A DNA stretch of 64,000 nt, from contig RHPI01003079.1 in assembly GCA_009103225.1 (NCBI GenBank), positions 90,377 through 154,376 on the forward strand, written 5' to 3'. The translations under genes were made by a program, and so were the position numbers. Positions 38,002 through 50,762 of this stretch are shown here, one piece after another (position 1 is the stretch's first letter; the number at the start of each line of letters is the position of its first letter). The DNA is from Chlorokybus atmophyticus. Taxonomy: Eukaryota; Plantae; Mesostigma and Chlorokybus algae. A model generated the notes under the pieces. It did no database searches. It saw only the letters and a program-made list of their open reading frames with translations, and was not told where the DNA came from.

Positions 38002-41000
38002 CTAGTACCACACTATTCCATTGGGCAGCTTGCACAGAGGCTCCTTAGTCTCACCCCTCATTGCCATCACGAGTGCCAGGCAGAGCGCGCGTGCGACAGG
38101 AGGCGCCACAGCATTGCCAACCTGCAGAATACATATGCTTTACAACTGGGAATTTTATGAAATGTGCTTCGTTTTGTAGAAACCGCCCACCTGCATGTAG
38201 CGGTCTTTGATCAGTTTGCCATGGACCTTATAGTAGTCGGGGAAGCCTTGTGAGCGCGCGCACTCGCGTACAGTGAGCACACGGTCCTGATGCGGATGAC
38301 ATATGCGCTGCGTACACACAAACACGCATGCAAATTGTCACACCCGTATAGCAGCTTGCAACCACTACATGGCATGCATGAGCGTACGCACACGCAAGCA
38401 CGTGTGCAAACGCTCATGCATGCGTGCACGGTCATGGTCACATGCCCGCGCACACTTGCACACGCATACCTGTGCGTGCGGGTCTGCCAGCGTGACAACG
38501 GTAGACAAAATGTCATCTTCATCTACTCGCCCAAAAGCACGAGCTTTGGCAGTCTGATTCTTGTCCGAGCACAAGAAGCTGCATACGCAGCCAAATCATT
38601 ACCTGACAGGTCATGAACCATGCAAACCATTCACATACCATTACATTATGGTGCGAACGCAAGATCATACAGACTGTTCTTACTATGGAACCAAAGGATT
38701 GCCCAGCTTTGTTGTGCCATTATAAGATTTGTCGGGGTTCTGTTTGCCAGCAAAGGCCTCCCAATTGGCCCCTCTCAGACCCTTTGGCACGTACGACACG
38801 CGCTCGAGGTTGTCCAGGTGCATCTTCTTTGGGCAATGGTCATACAAAATGTTGTGATAACCGCTCATACCTTGGACACCTGCTGATACATGTGAGCATG
38901 AACATGTTGTTGTTGTTGTTGTTGCCGTTTGATGATGACATAGGAGAATCAATTTTTGTTGTAACGAGTGTGTCGACCTGGTGGATGCCGCCGGATCATG
39001 CGTTGGAAGTCGTTCATCGGCGGCGACAAGTACTGCATCTCTTGTCTCATCTCATCATTCTCAACGGGCGGCAGGTCGGTCCAGCTCTCTTTAAGCGTGA
39101 CGGTCTCATGAAGCATCAAGCTCTCAAAGTCGTCACACTCGTCGTATGCGACAGTGTTGTTCACCCACTTTGCCGGCGCGTGGCAGCGCATCTTCTCCAC
39201 GTGATGTGTTGGGAGTGGATATGCCGGGAGAGTCTCACCTGCAAATGCATATGGGGCGGTTGTATGTTGTGGTATACGTGCAAGGGGTGGACTTGCATGC
39301 AACGTACCTGATGCAGCTGCCCATAAGAAGCAACGCAGTCGGAATTGAGGGACGCCATAGGCAACGGCAGCCATGAGACCCAAGCGTACCTGCAACCGAT
39401 AGGGTGTATGTGTGCATATACGTACATGCGTATGTCTGTGCGCATGAGGAGACATATACACGGTAGGGAGACACAGGCATGCACATACTAAGGCATGGTC
39501 TCTGTGCCATGTGCACTTACAAAGTTGATGCGTTGACCAACCTCATGGTGGCAAAGTACGAGGAAACAACAACAGCCACCAACCACTACCATACCTGATA
39601 GTGCATGCAGATGAACTGCTGCATGGCAAACTTGGCAAGGTAGCCGTCCTCGCCCTTGTGAGTACGGCCAAACTTAAGCAGGTCGGGCACGTTCTCCATC
39701 AACACGAAGGACGGTCTGAAGTAATAAGCAAAGGCCAAAAACACCGTCAGCTGATAGTTCTTCGGGTCGCGCAGCGGATAGTCAAAGTTCCTGAACCTAT
39801 TGTGGCCAGATATGCCCTGGACAAGAGGCATAGTTGAGTGCATTGCCACAACCACACAATATGATCACATGTGTGTCATCACACCTGGCAAGGAGGGCCA
39901 CCAAGCAGCATATTCACATCGCCGGGTAGAGGTATGTCGCCGGTGGCACGCTTGCGATGCACAAAGTCCCGTATCTTCTCCACGCAGTTCAGGTTGGCTT
40001 CCGGCTCCCACGAGTCCTCCCACGGCACGCCTTTGTTGTCACCCGGTTTCCTGCCAACATGTCGAATAATGACTCAATCCCAACACCACAAGGAGTGGGT
40101 ATGTAAGTGCTGTAACTCACCACTTCCACTTGACAAGAAACTCCAACACGCCCTCACGATCTTCAACACAGTCCTCGTCAGGTTTCCCCTCGTTGCTGCC
40201 TTTTGTCCTGTCCTCGTCACCATCCTCAATGTCGTCGTCCAGAACAATGATGTCGTCCTCACCCTCACCAACGTCCTCATCGGGCTTGGGCTTGGGTTTC
40301 ATCTTCTTGTGTTGCTTGCTTGTCGGCAGCTTTATGCTTGGCCGCTCCCGAATGCGCATGTCCAAGACTGCATCCACCTGAACATGGAATGTTGTGTGTG
40401 CGTGTACGCATCTGTCTGTGCCTGCATGCGCATGTGTGTGTGGCGTGTGAGGCATACTGTCACCTACCAGCCATTCATCTTCTTCCAATCCGCTGGAGGT
40501 ATCTGACACGGCGTCCGAGTTGTCAACCTCCTGCTCATTCCCATTTGTGGTGGCTTCTTCCAGGTTTATGTACAAGTCATTCCCACCCGGGACAAGTGGG
40601 CCATTATTAGCAATTGGTTTCTGATCCGGACGATCAGTTGGCAGCGGGTACTGCACAAACAGCAGGTCCGGCACGGTCATCAGGCATGCATGCACGCATG
40701 CCACATCCCACTCCATCATATCAAGATTATATATGCGCTGTAGTACATGTGTGTGATTATGTTACATAAGAGGCACCTGTTGGCAAAGCATGTGGAATCG
40801 CTTGCATAGACTCAGGAAGTGCTCCACCTTCATGTTGTACACCTGGACAAGGCACAGAGTACATTTGCATGACCGAACATTGCCTCCAAGGAGTAGAGAA
40901 CGACGTGAACACACCGTTGTTTCAGGGTGATGCGCTTGAAAGGTCTCCGCAGCCAGTTTATTGAAGTCCACTGCCCACCTCTGCATACACGCTGTGTCAG

Positions 41001-43651
41001 CGGCAAGGTTGCTAAAAACACCAACACAATGGCGCTCACCGTGCTGATCTCCGTGTCCTTGTCGCTGTACTGAAAGCCCAGCGATAGACCACCGCAACCA
41101 CAATAGAGCTCCAGCACCTGTAATGGTTGAGAAAGTCACACCCCACATCTGTTACTTCATATGACTTCACTCTCTTACCTTAAGGGTACATTTTGCTGAT
41201 GCGGGCTCATGCAAAGTAGCTGCATTCTGAGCACTGCTTTTCATCGGCACTTCTGGTTTGTGATGCGGGCTGGTTGCTTGGTTGTTGCCTCCATCTTCAA
41301 GTTTGACTTTTACGCTTGATGTCATGGACTGTTCTGACCTACATGGCCAATGTCACATGAGCATGCAACCAAACTCAAGTCCATTGTGTTGAAACCCACC
41401 TGATTGTTGCTTCGGCCTTGGCCTTGAATACGAGCGGCGCAGTCTCAAGGACCACCAAGTCATCATCACTGTCTGAAAGAGTGATGACAGTAGTTGCTGC
41501 GTCGATGATGTTGTTATTCGACTCCTCTGTAGCAGGCAAAAAAGGATTGGGAGGCTTACTCTAGACCGCGGCAACCAGTGCATGATGAAAGACGAGTCCA
41601 CGCACACAGAAGTGTGCAAGCATACCAACAGCAGGGGTGCCGGCAGCATTGGAAGCACCAGACTCAGCAACTAGCACAGGTACGTCTGCTGCTGGACCTG
41701 AGGCGGTCACGCAGAGTATACCACAGGCACATCGTGTTACTGTGACACACGCACACGCACAGAACGGGAGAGAGTAAGAGAGATTACCTTGCAGGGACGA
41801 TCGCCTTCTATAGGGCACCACATTGTCCGTGGACAGCTTGGAGTTAGCTGATGCCGTTGCCTTCTGCGTCGCATACTCTAACTCCGGGTGGTCTTCTGGT
41901 GGCAGATGGGAGCAGTCTGGCAGGTCTTTGAGAGCAGACAGTAAGCGTGTCAACCGAGATGCATTTTACTTTTCTCTGCTTACATCTGGTGTCAATCTCA
42001 GCACGAGAAAGCTTTGGCAAACTCACCTATGAACGATGTATACTGCTGGTGGTATTGCATATCATAATAACCGTCACACTTTGCTACTTGATCCGGCATG
42101 GGAGGATCCTGTGCACAAGGCCACATTCACAGTTCTGTCAAGCAAAGTAGATACAAGTGCACTTAAGAGCAAACTGAGCAGAGATCGCTGTATACACAGC
42201 GAAGGTGATACCTTAGCTGAGCAGCGAAGGATGTTTGCGGGGCGAATGATGTTCTTCAGCAGGTTATCATTGACATCGTCGCTGAGAAACACTCTCTTTG
42301 CATCCGGCTGCTCTGCAGCATACTTGTCGCCAATTGGTTTACCCAGTGGCTGTTTCATCAAAGTACCATCAACCAGCAAGGATGTGTGCAACCGCAGGCG
42401 CATGCAACAGTTGTAAGACATGCATGTATGCATGCAGCTTTACCTATATACTGAGACTATTTCTGCTCACATGTGCAAGCTGACTGCACATGTGTGAGTG
42501 CTTTTGGATTTCCAATGCTCAGGTACGATCTGCATGAATGCATGAGCACACACATGCAGTACAGCAACTTGACTCACAGTCTCATCGAATCTCCAAAACC
42601 ACCTTGCTTGAAACCAACCCCTCCCGTCTTCTGTGCAGAAGATCTCGCATACTTGCGCAATATGAGTGGCTTCGGAAGCACTATCAGCCTGAAGTGTTGT
42701 TTGTTGGTGTTGGTATCGACAGCAGTGAGAGTCCTTCTCACTTGCTACCATGACACTCATGCATTAGTACCTTCAAGACTACAGTCTGGTTCACTGCGAT
42801 CTCGTAGCCGTCCACTTGGACCCGAGCAAAGTGCGCCACAGCTGGCACCTTACACGCGTTCCTAGTTGACACATATGTTGTCGCAAGCACACCAACAAAA
42901 GATGTATTGCAAAGCCCTTCACAGATTCATCTGCTTACGGGTCCGGGTTGCTCATAGTTCGCCTTGACTCTTCCTGTGTGTCGATGTCGCATGAGCATGA
43001 GCGGCATTGGTTGTGCACATTACACTTTGCAACATCACATTGTAACTCTACCTGGTATCGGCGGTAAGGCCATATCTCGCTTGCCTCTGCACGCGGCAGC
43101 GGGCTCCAGAGGTACTCCACGCCTTCATCGTCCTCATCGTCCTCCACAAACTTGCATGTTCCCGGGGGCTTCTTCAGGGACTTGCCTGGCGTGGTCTTGC
43201 GCCTCTTCCGCGGCTTCCGCTTCCTCTGCATGTGAACAGGGTGCTCAGTCACCAAAACTGTAGCTATTTCCTGAGTACACCTTGCTCAAATTCGTTCCAC
43301 AAACAGTTCTGCAGTTCTGCTCCGTCCCCAAGCGCATCCACACACACGGCAACAATTAGGGCGTGTGGTGGTGAGTCAGAGCATTGTTCTTGAACTAACT
43401 ACCAAAGCATGCAAGAACATGCCAGGACGAGCTTCGCGGCAGAGACACAATGCCAGTTGAGGCATACACCGGGATGGCATCAATGCGCTAGCTCTCATCA
43501 GCAAAGCTCAACCAAGTGACAAACAAACCTCTTCCTCAATGCAGTCGTAGTCTGACACGAAGCCTCCAGCTATGGCCTTGCGGGGCCTCAGCTCCCGCCC
43601 TGGTTTTGCTTGAGAGGTGCTGTTCTGCTGACTCTCAAGGCCCTCTTCCAT
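38002..43651 (-). CDS. CMT: Chromomethylase (BAH + chromodomain-interrupted C5 DNA methyltransferase), multi-exon
   Basis: [15 protein letters not shown] and [11 protein letters not shown]; motif [12 protein letters not shown]; chromo [15 protein letters not shown]; [17 protein letters not shown]; VI LMENVPD; [13 protein letters not shown]; [18 protein letters not shown]; [14 protein letters not shown]. Start and stop positions are tentative. Confidence 0.92.
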
Positions 43652-46600
43652 GCCTGCAGACATGCCTGCATGAGCTCTGCTTGTGCAACATGACGGCTTG
43701 TCACACAGTCATCATCATACATGCATGCATGACAAGTACACGACATGCAAGACTCGCTCCTCCTAAGTACGATCAGCGATGCCCATGTTAGCCAAATTAA
43801 AGACAGCTAGTTCTTGCATGCACGTGACAAGCATGGTGAACACAACACCGCCCGGGGGGGGGAGGGGCGCACGAGGGGCTTGCCCACACGCTCTTCCCAA
43901 GACCCGCTACGCTAAGTGCACGGGCCGCCAGCACGGCACGGCGAATACGGCCGTCAGATGTAGGAGGCCAGACGTGTAATGACGCAGTGTGTGCATGCAT
44001 GCACATTGTGACAGGTGTGCATGCACACAATAATGTAAGGCAAGCTTGTGTATGCATGCACATGTTCACATACATACACATCTCTAGGTAATGTCACGTT
44101 GTGTGCGAGCAACCGTCTTAACCACTCGGCCATGGCGGCAAAGTCGCAATCATGATTCAGAAGTATGCATGCAGCATATACATGGTTTTAGCGTGTATAA
44201 TCAACGCCCATCATCATTATGAGGCTTTTTATCAGGTTGCAAGGTGCATGCTTCCATGTATGATTCCACACCAGAACACATGATAGCATTTGATACCTAA
44301 AACATTCACCTCTCAACCCTAAAAGAGCTGCTCGGTGGGCGTTGATTACATATGGCGATAATATGCGAGTGCATGCACACTTCTCATTGATGGTACACTA
44401 AGACTGGATACCCAACATGAAGAGTGACGACGCAAAGGCCAACGACCAACAAGTTCAAAAGTTGTGCAAATATCAAAGATGGCTTCAACTTAACAACTTA
44501 AGACATGTGACCGCATGCTTATACAAGCGTGCATACACGAGGTGAACATAGTACGTACGCTACATCTTGCTCACCTAAGTTGCAAAGGAGCCTCTCGCTA
44601 CAGAGCTGCTTGTTACATTTCCACTCTTGCCAGCATGATAGAGAAGACTTCGCACTGAAAGCGTGCTACTGTCAAAGAGTATAACGCATGTCTAGCAACG
44701 AGCAACACTGCAAACGTCAGGCTAATCGAACACAACACAGTGTTGCACAGCTGCTACTTGGATATGCTCTGCTGTCAAGCAGAGCACATCCAGCTGCTTC
44801 AGCTACAGAAGCTCTTGCGAACAGCTGTTGCAAACTAACTATGTGGTGCACTTGATGGCAACAGCTGCTGTCCTCAAGAGCTGACGCACTTTTTCAGACT
44901 TACCCAACAAGCTGAGACTAGACGCACGCAACGCACAGCAAACAGGTGACATCTTGTCATGTTGGCTGGTTACGCAAAACAAGAAACAAGAGGCAACAGG
45001 ATGCTATACAATTATTAGCCCATGCCACAGGCCAGATGCAACCAACCACTGCCATTGGCCTTAGCTGGACTAATTACTTACCAGCAAGCTTGATGTCAGC
45101 TCAGCTAAAATCCGAGGAAGTCCTCCCCTACCTTAAACCAGCTAAGCGACACCGTTCTCCAGCCCAGCCAGGCCCCCGCCACCGCTGCCGCCTGCAGCAA
45201 TGCACCAGGCCAAGTGTCTGACAGCAGCAGCTCAAACTGGCGGAAGGGTCCCTGGAAGCTACTTACGGAAGCTCCCTGCAACGGCCGTGAGCAGTTGCGC
45301 TGTTTGACCATGTCGCGTAGACCTGTGCCCTTCCCCGGACGGAAGTCAACTTCCCTCACGAAAGCTTCCGAAATGTTCTGGAAAGCGATCACAACTAGTC
45401 TTTCCCTTTCGTCAGCCTACGGAACTTTCCGTTCGATGACGGAAGCCTTGGCGGGCTATCCACGGAAGGGTCCAAGCTTGATATCATTAATAACATCATT
45501 ATCATACAAATGAGATAAATTTTAAGTGTACACATGAGATGTATATGCTGATAGTTATCACGTAATATGCTTATGTCAAGGTATGACATGCATGATCACT
45601 GCTTATGGGACACTGTTCCATGAATTTCCATGCTGTCATTGAAGGCACTTGCAAAAGGCACCGGCATATAAAAGCATAAAATAATATTAAAGCTTAAACT
45701 TCCATCATTTTTGGGGAGCTTTCCTTCCCGAACAAAAATAATAGAAAGTTCACGTCTAAACCCACGGAATGACCCAGGTCTACTGTCGAGCCAAAACAAT
45801 TTCCCTCGCAAACCGTCACTGAGGCAGGTTACAGCACGGCTGCCCGCACAACGTTTTCCAAAACCTCTGTTGTAAAAACAGAGTTTCCTCCTTTCGGAAT
45901 CTCCCTGTCTTTGTTGGTATTGCCTTTCGCGTTGTTGCTGCAACTGTTACAATTTGCAGTTGACGATTTGTTGCATTTCGATGGCAAGAAAACACTAAGC
46001 ATTTGGCGGGGCATTTGGCGCCAAATCGCGAGTGAACAACTGAGTTCAGTGAACCAAGCAATTCAGTGACCTAACCCACTGCAGCCAGCCGGGCGGGGTG
46101 GGCTACGACTAGGCTGCTTCTGTTGAGGAGAGGGCTAAACAAGAGCGTTGCATGTGGTTGTGGCCTTATGGTGGCCTGTTGGGGAGCGCTAATTGCTCTT
46201 GGTGGAGCTGGCCTGCACATGCAGCAGTAGGGAGCTTCTCATCTGCTCCATTGCCGCCGCCGCCTAACTTTGAGCTGCCATGCCGAACGAGGGTGCTCGC
46301 CAGCTCGAAGCACGCCCTGCTGCGCCGCCTTCGGTGCTGTATGCCGTCGCCGCCGTCGACGCCGACATAAACAAGGAGAATGACAGGTCAGCGATCGTTA
46401 AACCGCTACACCACGCATTGCACACAAGCAGTACATGTCTCGAAAACGAAATTGCACGTGCTGTGTAGGTCAACGGGTCACCGGTAATTCTAAGCCCCCC
46501 CGATTCCTGAATTTTCAGACTGTTTGGTCTGAATAGTCAACAAAAACAGGGGTGAATAGCATAGAATACGGCGTCCCTGGCTCCTGCATGTCGAGGTGAA

Positions 46601-46749
46601 TGTTCCGACCGTTTGGTCTGAAAGGTGTTAAAGCCTGTTCAATAATAAAAAGTAATTGTCGGTGAATATCCCTGTGGCAATTAGATTGCACACTAGTCCT
46701 ATATGTGGGGCATTTATTCACTTGCGATGGAGCTGTACATTCAACCTGT

Positions 46750-47070
46750 ATGGTGTAGTGCTGTGACCATTACATGTATTACACCACTGAATATTCAAGC
46801 AGGAATCGTTTGAATACTTGTAGTTAGGCAAGACAGACTCTTGCAAACGCGTTGAACATTCACATGCAGGGTTCGTTTGAATACCTGTAGTATTCCATAT
46901 GGCAGCTGCAACAGACTTGAATATGCACGCAAGGATTGTTTGAACACTTGCAGTCACCCAAAACTTTCACTTGCAGTAGAGTTGCATATTCACCCTGTTT
47001 GGTGTGGTGCCGCAACTGTACTACACCACTGAATATGCACGCATGTATTGTTTGATTACTCATAGTAATC
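46750..47070. repeat. Degenerate ~50-bp direct repeats (GAATATGCACGCA..ATTGTTTGAA.ACTTG.AG core)
   Basis: About four imperfect copies, two of them preceded by TGGTGT.GTG..TACACCACT. Confidence 0.5.
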
Positions 47071-47362
47071 TAGCCTGCACATTAAGTCCTACATGTGAGT
47101 AGTTATTCAATGGCAATGAAGCTGAACAATGGTAAGCTGCTGTTTTACGACCGTCAATGTTACTATGAATGTTCAAGTGATTTCGAGTAGAACAAGACCC
47201 ATATATGCAGTGCTACTGATAATATTCACAGCAGTCCGTCCAGCCAGCCCAGCAATGTCAGCTGAATGGCAGCCGACTTACAACAACACATTCAATGCTG
47301 ACTACAATGTATGTCTGCTACCCAGAGCTGCACTTGCAGGTGGAAATCTCATGCGGCAATAT

Positions 47363-49420
47363 TTACTTCCTCCTGCTTCGCCCCCGACCACCCCGACCAC
47401 CCCGACCACCCCGACCACCCCGACTCCCCTTCCCACGGCCTCTCCCCCGCGGTGTGGATGTGCCTTCCTTAGCTGGCAGCTCCCTCACCTTGATGGTCTT
47501 CATCAACCTAGTAGGCCAAAGTAGCAATAAACCCCGCCTCGCACTCTTCACATGCATCAACCACACATGAATACGTCAGACGCAGTGTGTTGTCATAACG
47601 CACGCACAGTCAGCACGCAATCATTGTTCACCTCTCAAGTGGGTCACTTGCACTCCAACCCCATCACGTTTGAAGCTGATTGGCAAAGGCACAACCTCTT
47701 CTTCCCCTGCACCAGGACGTCTGGTCCTAGTGATGTGAAGACTGCGGCTGAACTGAACCACCATGTTAGGTTCCTCTCCAATCTTCTTGCCATTAAACTT
47801 GTTGACGGGCTTGATGTCGCTTACATGCGCCTCCCCTACTGGCTCCTTGCGCCCATCGATGAACAACTTGGCTTCATCACCAACCTTCATCGTTGGTGCA
47901 GTGTCATCCTTGTCGCTCAGGTCTTCCTGCGCATGCAAGTGACAAACACATCAACTGGCAGACATATACAGATGCACTCTCCTATATAGCGCTTGCAAAA
48001 AAAACCTGCCTTTTGGGAGTCGTTGTCGCTGTCGTTGGGGCTGTTCGCATCGTCCTTGGCGCCATCTTCATCGTTGTCCTCGCTTTTATCTGTCTCGGAT
48101 ACTTCTGAATACGATGGCTCATCCTGTGCAACCAGGTGGCACGCCGTGTTATCAAGCTTACAATTGATAGGCATGCATGCGAGTCTGCTGCAGTGACAGT
48201 TTTTCTGCAACCAGAAGGACCCAAGAAGCCTATAAGCGCACATAGATGGTCCTTCATACCTCCTTTTGCTTGCCCCTCTTTTTATCCAACATCTTCTCCT
48301 GCTTGCCAGTCGAGGGGCCTGCCTCCTTAGACTTGTAGGGAGCCGGAATTGAGCGAACAGTCTTTGCTTTCTTTTGGGGGCTTGACACCTCAGTCTCCTG
48401 CCAACAGCATACACGTCAGATTGTGAGCCACAACGTAATGCTATGCCATTCGTTGTGGAGCAGAGTGGTGCATACATCACCAGACACTTTACGCTTCCCT
48501 TGCCCTCTGCCTTCCTTTCTTTCATGAGCTCCATGACATTCGCGGCGTCCTGTGTCTACATGTGGTGCGGTTTCTATTGCAAAAACTGATATGCTTGTTA
48601 GATACTTGCTCCAGTCATTGTTGCATACGTTGAGAGCTGAGCTGGTATCACGCACATCAGCATCCTATTTGGCAGGTGCCTGAACACAACAGTCATGAAC
48701 GGTCATGATGACATGTACAGGAGAGTACAAGCATTTGGCTGCTCGTGTAATGATAACAGACATCTAACCTGTGAACCAGTAGCGGGTGACCTTGTGGGTT
48801 GTGGCGCAGTGCCTTCCTTGTTACCTATCGCACGCACAAGGCACCGATCAGAACAGTGTATACACAGTACCTCCCGCAGCGGCCCGCGCGCGCAAAACAT
48901 GGCTCACGCTGCGAGGTGACATTTCGGTCGTCGCTGGCGTTGCTGGCGGGAGGTGAACGCGTGGGCGCCGTGCATGCACAAGGGACTATCATACACACCT
49001 CACACCCTGCATACATAAGGCACCATCAAACACAAAGCGTTTCGTTCTCAACATAGTCATTTACCAAACTGTAGCTCACCCTGTGAGGTGGCATTCTCGG
49101 CGTCACTGGCAGAGTGGTGCAGCGAGGAGCTGTCTCTTGCCTTTCACTTGTCCTTGACCTGCAATTATGCACATGGCAAAGGCACTTAAGACATGCAAAC
49201 ATTGCACAGACAACTCAGTCACTGCATGGCACACACCTTGTTGTTCTTGTCCCTGGGCGCTCCCTTGCGCTTTCGCTCAAACCCCCCTGCTTCAGCGCGC
49301 TCTATCATCTCCTTGTAACGTTCCCTACTCTTTTGTCTCTGCCTTTCTTTATGCTTGGCGTTGGTATATGCCTTTTTGTTGGTAAGAAAGTCCTGAATCA
49401 TCGTTTTTGCCTGCACCAGG
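47363..49420 (-). CDS. Multi-exon gene, probably transposon-associated (CACTA TnpA-like), with acidic tract and C-terminal RGG repeats
   Basis: Exon-like ORFs: a basic coiled-coil segment, an acidic EDNDEDGAKDD tract, VGEAHVSDIKPVNKFNGKKIGEE..VVQF..VPLP (resembling TnpA C-terminal domains), ending GRGRGKGSRGGRGGRGGRGGRGRSRRK*. The 5' end is not resolved. Confidence 0.4.
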
Positions 49421-49744
49421 CCCTATGACAAGCGCGGCATTGATAAAAAGTGTGGTGGTGCTGGTGGCAATGTCAGGACGCCTGGGGCTTAAAATAGCCT
49501 GGTAGGTTTTAAAGACGACAACATGCAGCCTTCCAGCTGCAACCTAGCGGAGTAAGCCTTTGTGTGCCGCTCAGTCTCTAGTTCAAAGCCGTGCACATGC
49601 ACCCTTACCGCCGCTACAAGGTACATATACTGAGCGAGCTTCAGCATTATATATTAAACGATTGTTAAGCCTCTGCCAATGTTTGGTCTGGTGCATTTTT
49701 ACTGCTCTTGCATGTATTGCCTTTCACCTCTCGCTTGTAAAAAT

Positions 49745-49793
49745 AACTTTGTAAGAACAACTTTGTAAGAACAACTTTGTAAAAACAACTTTG
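49745..49793. repeat. 14-bp tandem repeat (AACTTTGTAAGAAC) x3.5
   Basis: Read directly from the sequence. Confidence 0.85.
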
Positions 49794-50264
49794 ACTCACT
49801 ACTTTGAGTTGTACAACCTTATTGCTGGATGATGTTCAAATGGCGGGTAGGTCAAATTATAACAACACCTTACGATCACTTGTCTTTGCCCTTGGCGCAA
49901 ATGACAACAAGCGCGTTGTTGAGTGGGCTGGTGCAATTGCAAACGTCGATGCAAGCATGTCTGCATGTCACTTAGCATGTTGTTTGTGAGTAGATGCCGC
50001 AACACAAAGGTGCAAAATGGATGGACCTTTTTGGTGGTTAGAAGGAAAAGGTAGATTAGTCATGACTTGCAAAATTACATTTATGTTCATGCATTGGATG
50101 GTGCTATAATAATGATGCCACTGCTTAGAGCTGTTACCGCAAGCCTTTCCGCGAGTTTGCTTTCTCTCTAATAAACGCTAGTGGAACTGATCTTGTGGTT
50201 CAATATTCGCATGTAGCCATATATGACTGTGTGTAGCCACGCACAAATCACATGCCAACCTAGC

Positions 50265-50762
50265 TGTAACAGTTGGGGCCCGACCACTAGGCTATGGTAG
50301 TAAAACACTACCATGAGTGAGGTCTGTCACAATTTATCCCAATTCTTGACATTCCTCCCCAATTTAACCCATGAGTTCCTCATAATCCAATGAGGCACTA
50401 GCCTATGTCGAGGTGTTTGCGACCGTAGCACAACCGGTTTGCCTGGGGCCTGTAGGATTCGGCCCACAAACGGTCCTGACCGACCGAACGGCCATTCTTA
50501 CCACGCGACCTGCCATCGCGCCGCGACCGCTGACATCCTTAGGTTGAATTGGCTCGGCGCGCATGTCGTGATCCCGCTCCCAGCTTAGGGCAAGCCGCCC
50601 CAAATGTGTTTGCCTTGGATCCGCCTCAGTCCCCTACGGAAATTGAACCTGAGACGTCAAGCTCCGTTATCATTGTAACAATTGGGGCCCGACCACTAGG
50701 CTATGGTAGTAAAAGACACTACCATGAGTGAGGTCTGTCACAATTTATCCCAATTCGTGACA
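50265..50762 (-). mobile_element. Complete TRIM (terminal-repeat retrotransposon in miniature), 498 bp
   Basis: 87/89-bp TG...CA direct repeats (50265-50351, 50674-50762) differing by 2 substitutions and a 2-bp indel. PPT GGGGAGGAA, PBS-like TGATAACGGAGC, flanks ctagc/ttagc. Confidence 0.85.

Noticed and set aside
44900-46470. Short ORFs upstream of CMT
   Set aside because: No recognisable motifs and no consistent exon structure.
46479-49505. Imperfect ~21-bp inverted repeat (46479-46500 vs 49484-49505) as possible TIRs
   Set aside because: Only about 16/21 identity with a gap, no TSD seen, and the right copy appears to lie in an intron of the enclosed gene.
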